NCBI GenBank assembly: GCA_035291465.1 | Contig: DATDRZ010000085.1 | Coordinates: 20,927 to 84,926, forward strand | Source: Anaerolineales bacterium | GTDB taxonomy: Bacteria > Chloroflexota > Anaerolineae > Anaerolineales > UBA11579 | DNA length: 64,000 nt | Reading direction: 5' to 3' | Shown here: in pieces, positions 8,500 to 17,766 of the stretch | Layout: every line of letters starts with the position of its first letter | How positions within the stretch are numbered: position 1 is the first letter of the stretch | The notes under the pieces: generated by a model | What the model saw: the letters and a program-made list of their open reading frames with translations, nothing else | What the model was told of the DNA's origin: nothing | Databases searched by the model: none | Program-made: the position numbers and the translations under genes

Positions 8500-10392
8500 C
8501 TAACGAAGGATGCGCCTGCCCTGGTACTCGTTATGGGAACGGACGATCAAGAACGAACAATTTTGTGCAGATTGCAATACCGATCCCACGACACCATGCA
8601 GAGCCAATCTGCCAGACCGACCGGGCAATGGCGCGCCCATGATGACCAGGTCATATTTACCGGTCTTAATTTCATCCAGGATGATCACCAGCGGGTCTCC
8701 TTTGTCGATCTTCTTGGTGGCTTTGATTCCGAAACGTGCCAGGCTCTGTACGCCCCCGGTCATAAAGCGTCCCATTTGATCGAGTTGAAACTCGTCAGTG
8801 AGGATTGGATTCTGCACGGTCATCAAGGTGGCCTTTGCGCCGATATGGCGCAGCAGGCGGCCGGCGAACATCACGTCGTCCTTGCCGGGTTCACCGCTGG
8901 CTGCGCAGATCAGCGCATTGGTCAACTGTGGATCGGCCGCGGTGGCAAGTAGTACATGATGATTGCCTGCCCGCAACACCTCTTCCGGGATTTCAAGGCC
9001 ATCACTGGGGCGCCAACTTAGAACCACCAGATCAGCAGGGCGCTCGAGGATAACTTTGGAGATCGCCCGCGAGGTCGCCGCGGCCGAAGTCTGGGTTTCG
9101 ATCGACGCCATGCCGCTGCCTATTTGCTTGCGCGCCTCTTGCAGCTGTCGCCTTAGCTTTTCTTCTTTCTTCCCTAATCCCAGCAGAGTGACTCGCGCGT
9201 GAGCCAACCGCGCCAAGTGCCCGCCGGTTACCAGTGCCGGCTCACTGCGGTTCGATCCATCTGTGACCAGCAGGAAATGCAAACCGGGATGCGCCAGTGT
9301 ATGCAGGCGGCGAATTCCGACCCAGGCTTTCTTGCCGGGCTTAAGTGGGAACAATGAAGATTGCTCCGGCGAGCGACTGGCCTCGACAGCGATATTCTTA
9401 TCGCCGAATGGAACTGCGGGTGCAATGGCGCGAACACCTTCGATTGGAGGCAACTCGACGCGCAGTCGCTCGGTGGGACCGCTAAACCCTATTTCAACGA
9501 CCTTGCCTTGGACAAGTGGGAAGCAATGGAGTTCTTCGGCTTTTTCAGCAAGGGCTACATCTTCCGGCCTAAACAGGGTTTGCACGCGGCCATCGGAAGT
9601 AAGCCGCGCAGTCTCTTTGGGCAGCGGGAAAGTGTGTTTGCCAAGCTGGACCTGTCTGCCATCTGATTCGCCCAACAAGATGTTCGCTGTTCCCAGGAAT
9701 GAGGCTACAAATTCCGTTTGGGGACTCTGATAAAGGTCCTGGGGGGTGCCGACCTCGATCAATCGCCCGAAGCTCATCACACCAACACGGTCAGCTAGAT
9801 CGAAGGCTTCTTCCTGATCGTGCGTGACAAGAATAGCGGCGACGCCAAATTGGCGCTGGATATTCTTGAGGATGCGGCGCAGTTCGACGCGGATCTTGGC
9901 GTCGAGCGCGCCCAACGGCTCGTCGAGCAGGAGCACGTCGGGTTCCAGGGCCAGGGCGCGGGCCAGCGCAACGCGCTGCTGTTGGCCGCCGGAAAGTTGC
10001 CGCGGCATGCGATTGCCCAATCCGACAAGCCCGACCATTTCCAGCAGCTCGTCGCGCTTGCGGCGGCGCTCGCTTCCCTTGACTTTACGGACGCGCAAGC
10101 CGAATTCGACATTGTCAGCCACAGTCATGTATTGAAATAACGCGTAGTTTTGGAATACGAACCCCACTTTGCGATCCTGAGTCGTCATGTGGGTCACATC
10201 GCGTTTATGGAGCAAGACCCTGCCTTCATCGGCATCGATGAGCCCCGCGATGATGTTGAGGACTGTGGTCTTTCCGCTGCCGCTGGAGCCGAGCAGAACG
10301 AAGAATTCGCCATTCTTGACTTCCAGCGAAACATTGTTGACGACGACTTGCTCGCCATACAGTTTGGTGACGCCTTCAAGCACAATGGACAT
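8500..10392 (-). CDS. cysA: Sulfate ABC transporter ATPase CysA fused to C-terminal tandem universal-stress-protein (USP) domains
   Basis: 630 aa. Walker A GSSGSGKT, signature LSGGQQQR, Walker B LLLDEP and H-loop VTHD lie in aa 1-200. A CysA-type beta regulatory domain runs to about aa 360. Residues ~370-630 form two USP-like alpha/beta units, ending in DLVIMGAPLPGRSG...GSV. Confidence 0.75.
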   Translation of the reverse strand: MSIVLEGVTKLYGEQVVVNNVSLEVKNGEFFVLLGSSGSGKTTVLNIIAGLIDADEGRVLLHKRDVTHMTTQDRKVGFVFQNYALFQYMTVADNVEFGLRVRKVKGSERRRKRDELLEMVGLVGLGNRMPRQLSGGQQQRVALARALALEPDVLLLDEPLGALDAKIRVELRRILKNIQRQFGVAAILVTHDQEEAFDLADRVGVMSFGRLIEVGTPQDLYQSPQTEFVASFLGTANILLGESDGRQVQLGKHTFPLPKETARLTSDGRVQTLFRPEDVALAEKAEELHCFPLVQGKVVEIGFSGPTERLRVELPPIEGVRAIAPAVPFGDKNIAVEASRSPEQSSLFPLKPGKKAWVGIRRLHTLAHPGLHFLLVTDGSNRSEPALVTGGHLARLAHARVTLLGLGKKEEKLRRQLQEARKQIGSGMASIETQTSAAATSRAISKVILERPADLVVLSWRPSDGLEIPEEVLRAGNHHVLLATAADPQLTNALICAASGEPGKDDVMFAGRLLRHIGAKATLMTVQNPILTDEFQLDQMGRFMTGGVQSLARFGIKATKKIDKGDPLVIILDEIKTGKYDLVIMGAPLPGRSGRLALHGVVGSVLQSAQNCSFLIVRSHNEYQGRRILR

Positions 10393-10502
10393 CGAATCTC
10401 CGAAATTAAGCGAGCGGACTAGACAAGTACATCATACAGGGAATCTTCGAATTACTGAGTCGTGTAAGGCCCTATGGAGATTGGGGGGATTAATGATCTG
10501 CG

Positions 10503-10943
10503 TCAGGTCGCGGTGCCCAGCCCTGATGAGCGGCTAACGACATCGGCTAAAGTCGTGTTATCCATAACATTTGCAATGCTATTGCGCACGTCCAGCATAG
10601 CCAGGCGCAGGCTGCAGGTCTTTTCATCCGGGCAATCGCAGGGCTCATATGCCATTTGACTGACGCAGTTGACGGGAGCTAGCGGACCATCCAAAGTTCG
10701 GACGATCTGGCCCAGGCTGATGGTGTCCGCGGATTTGGCCAGGGAATACCCGCCGCCGATACCCATTCGGCTGTGGAGCAGGCCGGCATGGCGCAGGGAG
10801 AGCAGGATCTGCTCTAAATATTTGGCGGGGATGTGTTCCTTCGCAGCTATTTGTTTCAGCTGAATCAATTCTCCGGGCGATGAATGTTTTGCCAGATAAA
10901 GCATGGACCTGATACCGTATTCGCCGCGTTTTGACAGTCTCAT
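10503..10943 (-). CDS. Rrf2 family transcriptional regulator (CymR/IscR-like)
   Basis: 146 aa. N-terminal MRLSKRGEYGIRSMLYLA wHTH and GGGYSLA are typical of Rrf2. A Cys cluster (CVSQMAYEPCDCPDEKTC) suggests Fe-S or redox sensing. It sits co-directionally upstream of cysA. Confidence 0.85.
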   Translation of the reverse strand: MRLSKRGEYGIRSMLYLAKHSSPGELIQLKQIAAKEHIPAKYLEQILLSLRHAGLLHSRMGIGGGYSLAKSADTISLGQIVRTLDGPLAPVNCVSQMAYEPCDCPDEKTCSLRLAMLDVRNSIANVMDNTTLADVVSRSSGLGTAT

Positions 10944-11013
10944 TCAAAAGTCCTATATTTACATAGACATTTAGTAATTATTCGTAGCCATCATATGCTC
11001 CAATCAGTATTCC

Positions 11014-11086
11014 TGTCAATACCGATATTGACAAAGGACAGATTTCCACTTATTATTGCGAAAATTCTCAGTTGCGAATATTCGCA
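11014..11086 (+). promoter_or_regulatory. Divergent promoter/operator region between the Rrf2 and Fur-family genes
   Basis: Inverted repeat TGTCAATA-CCGA-TATTGACA at 11014-11033 gives a TTGACA hexamer on each strand. Plus-strand promoter: TTGACA (11028-11033), 17 nt, TATTAT (11051-11056). A perfect 14-bp palindrome TGCGAATATTCGCA (11073-11086) ends 2 nt before the ATG at 11089. A half-related copy TTGCGAAAATTCTCA lies at 11056-11070. Confidence 0.6.
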
Positions 11087-11088
11087 TC

Positions 11089-11598
11089 ATGGCTAATCCC
11101 TACCCCAACCCAAAGATAGAGCGGCGCATCCGCAATTTTGGGTTCCGCCTGACTCCGCAGCGTGAAGTGATCCTAAAAGCCATCGCCAATCTCGGTGAGC
11201 ATGCAACTTTTGATGAGATCCTTCGCGATGTGCGCCGTATATCCCCGCGTATCAGCGCGGCTACGGTGTATCGAACGCTGGAAAGTTTTAGCCGTTGTCG
11301 CCTGGTCCATGGAAATGAAGTGGCGGGGGGCAAGCTGTATGAATTAGCCGGCGAGGAAGATCACCATCACCTCATCTGCCATAAATGTTGGGGCGATATC
11401 AAAATCCCTGCTACCACCGTTAAGAAGTTATTCAAACAACTCGATAAGCAAACAGGCTTTCTGGTGCTGGGAGAGCACTATATTTTTATGGGCCTCTGCC
11501 CGGAATGCCGACTCGCGGAAGGAGATACACTCGGTCGATTTCATATTCATCCCAAATTTCGTCCATCCGATCCAGAGAAGGAGAAACAAAATGAATAA
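11089..11598 (+). CDS. Fur family metalloregulator (Fur/Zur/Nur-type; metal not assignable)
   Basis: DNA-binding helix region RLTPQREVILKAI and ATVYRTLE. Metal sites HHHLICHKC and CPEC. The ATG at 11089 is preferred over the track TTG at 11056, which falls inside the predicted -10 element. Confidence 0.8.
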   Translation: MANPYPNPKIERRIRNFGFRLTPQREVILKAIANLGEHATFDEILRDVRRISPRISAATVYRTLESFSRCRLVHGNEVAGGKLYELAGEEDHHHLICHKCWGDIKIPATTVKKLFKQLDKQTGFLVLGEHYIFMGLCPECRLAEGDTLGRFHIHPKFRPSDPEKEKQNE

Positions 11599-13114
11599 GG
11601 TAGTTCGCATCAAGACTTTGATTTCGCTCGCCTTTGTCCTCGGTCTGCTGGCGGCTTGCGCTCCCGCAGAATCCCAGCCCAGCGGTGAAACGGGCGGCAC
11701 GTTGCGCGTGGCATTCCAAGCCCTCGTGCAGACTGATCCCGCCCTCATTTCATCAGACGCAGAAGTATTCGTCGCTAACGCAGTTTTTGATTACCTGGTG
11801 GATATCGATCCGGTAAGCAATCAACCGATCCCGCGCCTGGCTTCGGATTGGACGGTAAGCGATGATGGCTTGACTTATGTCTTCACCCTAGTCGATGGCG
11901 CCACCTTCCATGATGGGAGTCCCCTGACCGCGCAAGATGTCGTTTGGACTTTCGACCGCCTGCGCAATCCCGAATCTGGATTTGCCACGGTTGACTTATA
12001 TTCCAACATCGCTTCGATCGAGGCGACCGGGGATTTGGAGATTACCTTCAATCTTACAAATCCGAATCCCTTCTTCCTCTATGATCTCAGTGACAATCAC
12101 GCCTTGATCCTCAAGGCGAATACAGAAGACCTCGCCAATTTCAATGGAACAGGTCCATTCATGGTGGAAAGTTATAGCCCAGAGGATCGCATCACTCTGG
12201 CGGCTAATCCAGATTATTTTGTGGATGGTCAGCCATCCCTCGCCAATGTGGAAATCATCTTCTTCGCCGACGAAGGCGCCATGGTCGATGCGCTGCGCGG
12301 CGGGCAAGTGGATCTGGTGATGCGCATGAGCACGCCGCTGTTCGAAAGCCTGCAAGATGTGGACGGCATCGAGACCACGGTCATCCCCACAAACGGGTTC
12401 GATCTGGTGCGCTTGCGCGCTGACCGCGAACCGGGCAATGACCCGCGTGTAATCCAGGCGATGAAACTTGCCACGAATCGCGAAGCAATTCTCGAATTGG
12501 TGCAGCAGGGTTATGGCGCGGTGGGCAACGACAGCCCAATCGGCCCATTGTATGAGTCCTATCACGATCCAGATGTTGCTCCGCCGGTACGCGATGTAGA
12601 AGCAGCCCGCGCTCTTTTGACTGAAGCAGGTTATGAAGATGGCCTGGACTTAACCATGCACGTACCCAATACTGGTGGGCGCCCTGACCTGGCTGCAGTG
12701 CTCAAAGAGCAGTGGGCAGAGGCGGGCATCAATATCGAGATCAGCCTGGAGCCCGAAGAGGTGTACTATGGCGAAGACGGCTGGCTCGAAGTAGACCTAG
12801 GCATCACCGGCTGGGGTTCGCGTCCTTACCCGCAGTTCTATCTCGATACCATGTTGGTGACTGGCGCGGTGTGGAATGAATCCCATTTCTCTGATGAAGA
12901 ATTCGATGCGCTTGCTGCAACGACCGGCATGACACCGGATGAAAGCGAACGCGTGGATGCATACTCGCAGATCCAGCAGCTCTTGGCTGAACGCGGACCC
13001 GTGATCATCCCTTACTACTTCCCGCAATTCGGCGCGATCAGCGACCAGTTCACCGGCTTCCAGTTGGAGGCTTTCGCCGGCCGAACTGACCTGCATACCA
13101 TTAGCTTAAAGTAA
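11591..13114 (+). CDS. ABC transporter substrate-binding lipoprotein, family 5 (Opp/Dpp/Nik type)
   Basis: 507 aa with lipoprotein signal LLAAC. It has family-5 SBP length and overlaps the Fur-family stop by 8 nt. Confidence 0.75.
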   Translation: MNKVVRIKTLISLAFVLGLLAACAPAESQPSGETGGTLRVAFQALVQTDPALISSDAEVFVANAVFDYLVDIDPVSNQPIPRLASDWTVSDDGLTYVFTLVDGATFHDGSPLTAQDVVWTFDRLRNPESGFATVDLYSNIASIEATGDLEITFNLTNPNPFFLYDLSDNHALILKANTEDLANFNGTGPFMVESYSPEDRITLAANPDYFVDGQPSLANVEIIFFADEGAMVDALRGGQVDLVMRMSTPLFESLQDVDGIETTVIPTNGFDLVRLRADREPGNDPRVIQAMKLATNREAILELVQQGYGAVGNDSPIGPLYESYHDPDVAPPVRDVEAARALLTEAGYEDGLDLTMHVPNTGGRPDLAAVLKEQWAEAGINIEISLEPEEVYYGEDGWLEVDLGITGWGSRPYPQFYLDTMLVTGAVWNESHFSDEEFDALAATTGMTPDESERVDAYSQIQQLLAERGPVIIPYYFPQFGAISDQFTGFQLEAFAGRTDLHTISLK

Positions 13115-13117
13115 GCT

Positions 13118-14011
13118 TTGTCCGTTACCGCAGGTGCAAGTACAAAGAATGGAAGCGCTGTTTCCGAAAGGAGACAGCGCTTCTTAGCTTTCCTTAGCGC
13201 GCTTATACGCCGTCCGGCTCACGCGGTGGGCACAGCTCTTTTCGCGCTTTTCTTGCTTGCGGCGATCCTTGGACCGTACATTGCTCCTTACGGCAGCAAT
13301 GAGCAGATCGTTGCCGACGCCCGGCAAGCGCCTTCGGCTGCTCATTGGTTTGGCGTGGACCATCTGGGTCGCGATGTTTTCAGTCGCGTTTTGTTGGGGG
13401 CGCGAGACATCTTTTCGCTGGCGGGAACCGGTACCCTGATTGCCGTTGCCATCGGAACCAGCCTGGGACTGCTCAGCGGCTACCGCGGCGGATGGTTCGA
13501 TGAGCTCTTGATGCGCTTCTTCGATAGCCTATTGGCACTGCCGGCTTTGCTGCTGGCCTTGTTGCTTTTGGGCACCCTGGGGACTTCGCGCCAATCTGTA
13601 TTGCTGGTAATCATTGTTGTCTATATCCCGATTGTGGCCCGCGTCGTGCGAAGCGTAGTGCTATCTGTCAAGACGCGAGCCTATATCGACGCGGCGCGCA
13701 TCCAGGGCGAATCTTCTGCGCGCATCCTGTTCCGCGAGATCCTGCCTGCAGTACTGCCGGCATTGGCAGTAGAGGCCGCGCTGCGATTCTCGTATGCCAT
13801 CTTCTTGGCCTCTTCGCTGGGCTTTCTCGGCGTCGGTGTGCAGCCTCCCAGCCCCGATTGGGGGCTGATGGTGAACGAAGCCCGTGACACTCTTTCGCAG
13901 ACCCCCTGGGCTATGTATTTCCCGGCTGCGGCTATATCCGTTGTGGTCATGTCTGTAAACCTGATGGCCGACGGCTTGAAACGCGCGCTGCAAGTCGGGA
14001 TTGTGATTTAG
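13118..14011 (+). CDS. ABC transporter permease (DppC/OppC/NikC type)
   Basis: 297-aa polytopic protein with N-terminal FLLAAILGPYIAPYG, typical of DppC-like permeases. The start is a TTG in the track and is uncertain. Confidence 0.75.
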   Translation: MSVTAGASTKNGSAVSERRQRFLAFLSALIRRPAHAVGTALFALFLLAAILGPYIAPYGSNEQIVADARQAPSAAHWFGVDHLGRDVFSRVLLGARDIFSLAGTGTLIAVAIGTSLGLLSGYRGGWFDELLMRFFDSLLALPALLLALLLLGTLGTSRQSVLLVIIVVYIPIVARVVRSVVLSVKTRAYIDAARIQGESSARILFREILPAVLPALAVEAALRFSYAIFLASSLGFLGVGVQPPSPDWGLMVNEARDTLSQTPWAMYFPAAAISVVVMSVNLMADGLKRALQVGIVI

Positions 14012-16066
14012 ATGAGTGAACCCCTGCTGAACGTGGAAGACCTGGAGGTTGCCTATAAGGTCAACGGCGGCGAACAGGATGTTTTGCGCGATATTCAACT
14101 GTCCATTGAACCTGGGCAAACCGTCGGACTGGTGGGAGAGAGCGGATCCGGGAAATCAACCTTGGCCTTGACGGTGATGCGCCAGCTAGCTGCAAATGCT
14201 CAAGTTCGCCGCGGAAAAATCGACTTCGCTGGCCGAGACTTGCTGGGCCTTGCCGGGGAGGAGCTGCGTGCCGTATGGGGTCGTGAGTTGTCGTTTGTCC
14301 CGCAGAATCCCACCACCGCACTTAACCCTGCCATGCGAGTTGGCGAACAGCTGGCCGAAGCCCTGCGTCTTTATGGCGCAAGCGCTGGAGAGTCTTCCGC
14401 GCAGGCAACGGAACTTCTAAAGCAGATTCGCATTGCTGAGCCAGATCGTGTAGCACATTCCTACCCGCATCAATTAAGCGGCGGCATGCAGCAGCGGGTC
14501 ATGATCGCCCTGGCGCTCAGCGGTCAGCCGCGGCTGTTGGTGCTGGACGAACCGACTACCGCATTGGACGTGACGACTGAGGCCGCAGTACTCGATCTGT
14601 TGCAAGAGGCAGTCTCCCAGCGCAACGCGTCCATGCTTTATGTCACTCATAACCTCGGCGTGGTGGCAACGATCAGCGATCGCGTTGTTGTCCTTTACGC
14701 TGGCGAACTTGCAGAGGAGGCTCCCACCGAACAGCTATTCCGGAAGCCGCTGCATCCGTATACACGTGGTCTGCTGGATGCGGTGCCGAGGTTAGGACAG
14801 CACAAAGATCAAAGGCCCCTGCAAGCGATTCCGGGGCAGGTGCCTCGGCTGGAGGATTTTCCCAATGCCTGCGTGTTCGCCCCACGCTGCCCATTGGCCA
14901 TCGAACGATGTTGGAACGAGCGGCCAACCCTTGACGCGCCGACTCCAGACCGCCGCGTGCGTTGCCATCGCTGGCCGGAGATCGCGGCAGACAGGGTCAG
15001 CGCGCATCGCGAAGAGGCTCAGCCGATTCGAACTAAAACACAAAGGGTCCAACCGGTTTTGAAGGTTGAAGGTTTGAATGTTTCATATCCGGTTTCGCGT
15101 TCCTTGCTGCAGCCCCCGGCTTCTTTGCAAGCCGTTCGAGACATTGACCTCGTTGCTAATAGCGCACAGACTATCGGGGTCGTCGGTGAGAGTGGCAGCG
15201 GCAAAAGCAGCCTGGCGCGCGCCGTGATTGGTCTGGTGGAGCGCGATTCGGGGAACGTGGAACTGCTGGGACTGCATCTTCCACCCCGGTTAGGTGCGCG
15301 CACGCGTGAAATGCTGTCTCACCTGCAAATGGTGTTCCAGAATCCCGACGAGGCGCTGAACCCTGCATTGACCGTAGGCGAGTCGTTGACTCGCCCGTTA
15401 GTCCGCTTGCGCGGTCTGAGCGCGGCGCAAGCCAGGCAGCAGGTACTCGGGCTTATGGCTGCCGTTCGCTTGCCCGAAGATTACGCCCGCCGTTTTCCCG
15501 GCCAACTTAGTGGCGGCGAGAAACAGCGCGTGGCTATCGCCCGCGCCTTCGCCAGCCAGCCGGAGTTGCTATTGGCGGATGAGCCGGTGTCGGCCTTGGA
15601 TGTTTCTGTGCAGGCAAACATCTTGAACCTTTTGGCTGAGCTGCAGGTTGAGCAGCAGACTGCACTAGTTTTGATTTCCCATGATATTGCTTCTGTGGGC
15701 TATCTTGCTGACCAGATCGCGGTGATGTATCTCGGCGAGTTCATGCAAACCGGAGCCGCTGAGAACATTTTCGATCCCCCTTATCACCCCTATACCGAGG
15801 CCCTGCTTTCCTCGGTTCCTCCGCCGGACCCATTTGTCGAGCAAAAGCGCATTCGCCTGGAAGGCGAATTACCCAGCGCGATCGACCCGCCAACCGGTTG
15901 CCCCTTCCACACGCGCTGCCCGCGTTTCCTGGGTGATATATGCGTGCAGCAGACTCCACCCTGGCGCGAGACTCGCGACGGCAAACGCATCTTCTGCCAC
16001 ATTCCCGAGGATGAATTGGTCCGGATTCAGGAACCTGTGCTCCGCTTCGAGGAGTCCAATTCATGA
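14012..16066 (+). CDS. Fused double ABC ATPase (DppD-DppF/OppD-OppF type)
   Basis: 684 aa with two cassettes (GESGSGKST twice; LSGGMQQR and LSGGEKQR). Each is followed by a Cys-rich Opp-type C-terminal extension ([14 protein letters not shown]...C; [15 protein letters not shown]...C). Confidence 0.85.
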   Translation: MSEPLLNVEDLEVAYKVNGGEQDVLRDIQLSIEPGQTVGLVGESGSGKSTLALTVMRQLAANAQVRRGKIDFAGRDLLGLAGEELRAVWGRELSFVPQNPTTALNPAMRVGEQLAEALRLYGASAGESSAQATELLKQIRIAEPDRVAHSYPHQLSGGMQQRVMIALALSGQPRLLVLDEPTTALDVTTEAAVLDLLQEAVSQRNASMLYVTHNLGVVATISDRVVVLYAGELAEEAPTEQLFRKPLHPYTRGLLDAVPRLGQHKDQRPLQAIPGQVPRLEDFPNACVFAPRCPLAIERCWNERPTLDAPTPDRRVRCHRWPEIAADRVSAHREEAQPIRTKTQRVQPVLKVEGLNVSYPVSRSLLQPPASLQAVRDIDLVANSAQTIGVVGESGSGKSSLARAVIGLVERDSGNVELLGLHLPPRLGARTREMLSHLQMVFQNPDEALNPALTVGESLTRPLVRLRGLSAAQARQQVLGLMAAVRLPEDYARRFPGQLSGGEKQRVAIARAFASQPELLLADEPVSALDVSVQANILNLLAELQVEQQTALVLISHDIASVGYLADQIAVMYLGEFMQTGAAENIFDPPYHPYTEALLSSVPPPDPFVEQKRIRLEGELPSAIDPPTGCPFHTRCPRFLGDICVQQTPPWRETRDGKRIFCHIPEDELVRIQEPVLRFEESNS

Positions 16067-16144
16067 TGTCATCCTCAATCGCCATTGCGATCAATGCGAG
16101 GTTTGCATCGCCGACAACGCAATCCCCAACACTCCTTGGAGAAT

Positions 16145-16184
16145 GCTTCGGCACTCCGTGCCTCGCAAAGACGGAAAGCTTGAC
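16145..16184. repeat. Repeat family R1, short copy inside the Opp/Nik-type ABC operon
   Basis: GCTTCGGCACTCCGTGCCTCGCAAAGACGGAAAGCTTGAC shares the GCTTCG / CCTCGCAA / CGGAAAGC / TTGA blocks, in the same order. Confidence 0.5.
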
Positions 16185-16193
16185 GAATAATCA

Positions 16194-17138
16194 ATGACGA
16201 CGTATCTTCTCCGCCGCATTGCCTTTCTTTTCCTCACCTTGGTGCTCACCTCACTGATCATTTTTGCCATTACTCAGCTTTTGCCCGGCGATGTATGCCG
16301 CGTCATTCTAGGTCGCGAAGTGGGCGAAGCGGCGCTGCGAAACTGTCGCGAAGACCTGGGGTTGGACCAGCCCGCGATTACCCGTTACTTTATTTGGCTG
16401 GGCGATTTCGTGCGCGGCGATTGGGGCAACTCTTACAGCACCGACGTCGAGATCTTTCCGTTGGTGGCCGAACGCCTGGGCAATTCGTTGCGCCTGGCGG
16501 CGCTCGTTATGCTGATCGGCGTTCCGCTGGCTGCCGGTCTCGGTGCGCTGGCCGCGCTCAATGAAAGCCGCTGGGTTGACAACACCATCAGCGTGTTCTC
16601 ACTGGCGGTGGTGGGGTTGCCCGAATTCGTTACGGGCATCATCCTGATCGAAGTGCTGGCCTTCCGATTCGGGCTGCCTGCAAATTCGTCGATCCGTGCC
16701 GGCACTTCATTTCTTGAGGCATTACCAAGTCTGATCCTGCCCGCGCTCACAGCTACCTTCGTGTTGCTCGCTTATGTGGCGCGTCTTACACGCGCGGGGG
16801 TGCTTGAAGAATTAAAGCAAGACTATGTGCGCACGGCTATCTTGAAAGGCTTGTCGCGTCGCATGGTGATCTGGAAACATGTATTGCGCAACGCGTTGTT
16901 GCCAACGATCACGGTAGTCGCCATCAGCTTTGGCTGGCTAATTAGCGGCCTGGTGGTGATCGAGAATGTATTCAACTACCCCGGCCTTGGCCGCCTGATG
17001 GTATTCGCCATCAACCACCGAGACCTGCCCCTGCTGCAGTCCATCAGTATGATTACCGTGTTCGTTTTCGCGCTGGCAAACCTGGCGGCTGATCTGGCTT
17101 ATGCCTGGCTCAACCCGCGCATCCGTATCGGGCATTAG
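16194..17138 (+). CDS. ABC transporter permease (DppB/OppB/NikB type)
   Basis: 314 aa. N-terminal YLLRRIAFLFLTLV and LPGD are typical of DppB-like permeases. Confidence 0.8.
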   Translation: MTTYLLRRIAFLFLTLVLTSLIIFAITQLLPGDVCRVILGREVGEAALRNCREDLGLDQPAITRYFIWLGDFVRGDWGNSYSTDVEIFPLVAERLGNSLRLAALVMLIGVPLAAGLGALAALNESRWVDNTISVFSLAVVGLPEFVTGIILIEVLAFRFGLPANSSIRAGTSFLEALPSLILPALTATFVLLAYVARLTRAGVLEELKQDYVRTAILKGLSRRMVIWKHVLRNALLPTITVVAISFGWLISGLVVIENVFNYPGLGRLMVFAINHRDLPLLQSISMITVFVFALANLAADLAYAWLNPRIRIGH

Positions 17139-17139
17139 C

Positions 17140-17766
17140 ATGCAGGAATTCCTCGACCTGGCAGACTACCGCCGCAAAGTACATGCCATCTATTCCGGGG
17201 TGCGCGATCACCGCATTCCCATCGAGCAGCGCTGGTCGTATTGGAAGCAGGCCCGCGATGAGTTGATCGGTCGCCATCCGCAGTCGGCGTTATCGCCAGA
17301 GCAGCGGGCAAACTTTCAGGGTTTGAGCTACTACTCCTATGATCTCTCCCTTCGGTTTCTTGTCGACGTCGATCTTGATGTGGAACCAGAGATCCTTGAG
17401 ATACCGCTGCAGGAGGACGGCGATTTTAGGATGCAGAGGATAGGCCGGGTGCATTTTCTGGTTAAGGGCGACTCGGTTTTGCTTTCCCTGTTCCGAATTC
17501 GTTCTTATGCGGGCGGGCTCTTCCTGCCTTTCCGTGACGCGAGCAAGGAAAGCTACCCTGGCACGCGCTATTTAATCGACACGATCAAAGGCGCCGACCT
17601 CGGGATGGAGCGGGACAAACTGGTCCTCGATTTCAACTTCGCCTACAACCCGTCTTGCGCCTATGATCCCCGCTGGCACTGCCCACTGGCGCCGGTCGAG
17701 AATTGGCTGAAGCTCCCACTCAAATCTGGCGAGAAGGCTTATCCCGGCACCTCATTATCTGGATAG
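17140..17766 (+). CDS. DUF1684-like protein
   Basis: The ATG at 17140 lies 1 nt after the permease stop; the track start at 17101 overlaps the permease. C-terminal FNFAYNPSCAY...WHCPLAP matches my recollection of DUF1684. Confidence 0.55.
   Translation: MQEFLDLADYRRKVHAIYSGVRDHRIPIEQRWSYWKQARDELIGRHPQSALSPEQRANFQGLSYYSYDLSLRFLVDVDLDVEPEILEIPLQEDGDFRMQRIGRVHFLVKGDSVLLSLFRIRSYAGGLFLPFRDASKESYPGTRYLIDTIKGADLGMERDKLVLDFNFAYNPSCAYDPRWHCPLAPVENWLKLPLKSGEKAYPGTSLSG

Noticed and set aside
11056-11088. TTG start for the Fur-family gene
   Set aside because: The TTG overlaps the predicted -10 hexamer. The encoded 11 extra residues are translated from the operator palindrome.
17101-17139. Track start for the DUF1684-like gene
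   Set aside because: It would overlap the permease by 38 nt. The ATG at 17140, immediately after the permease stop, gives the expected N-terminus.
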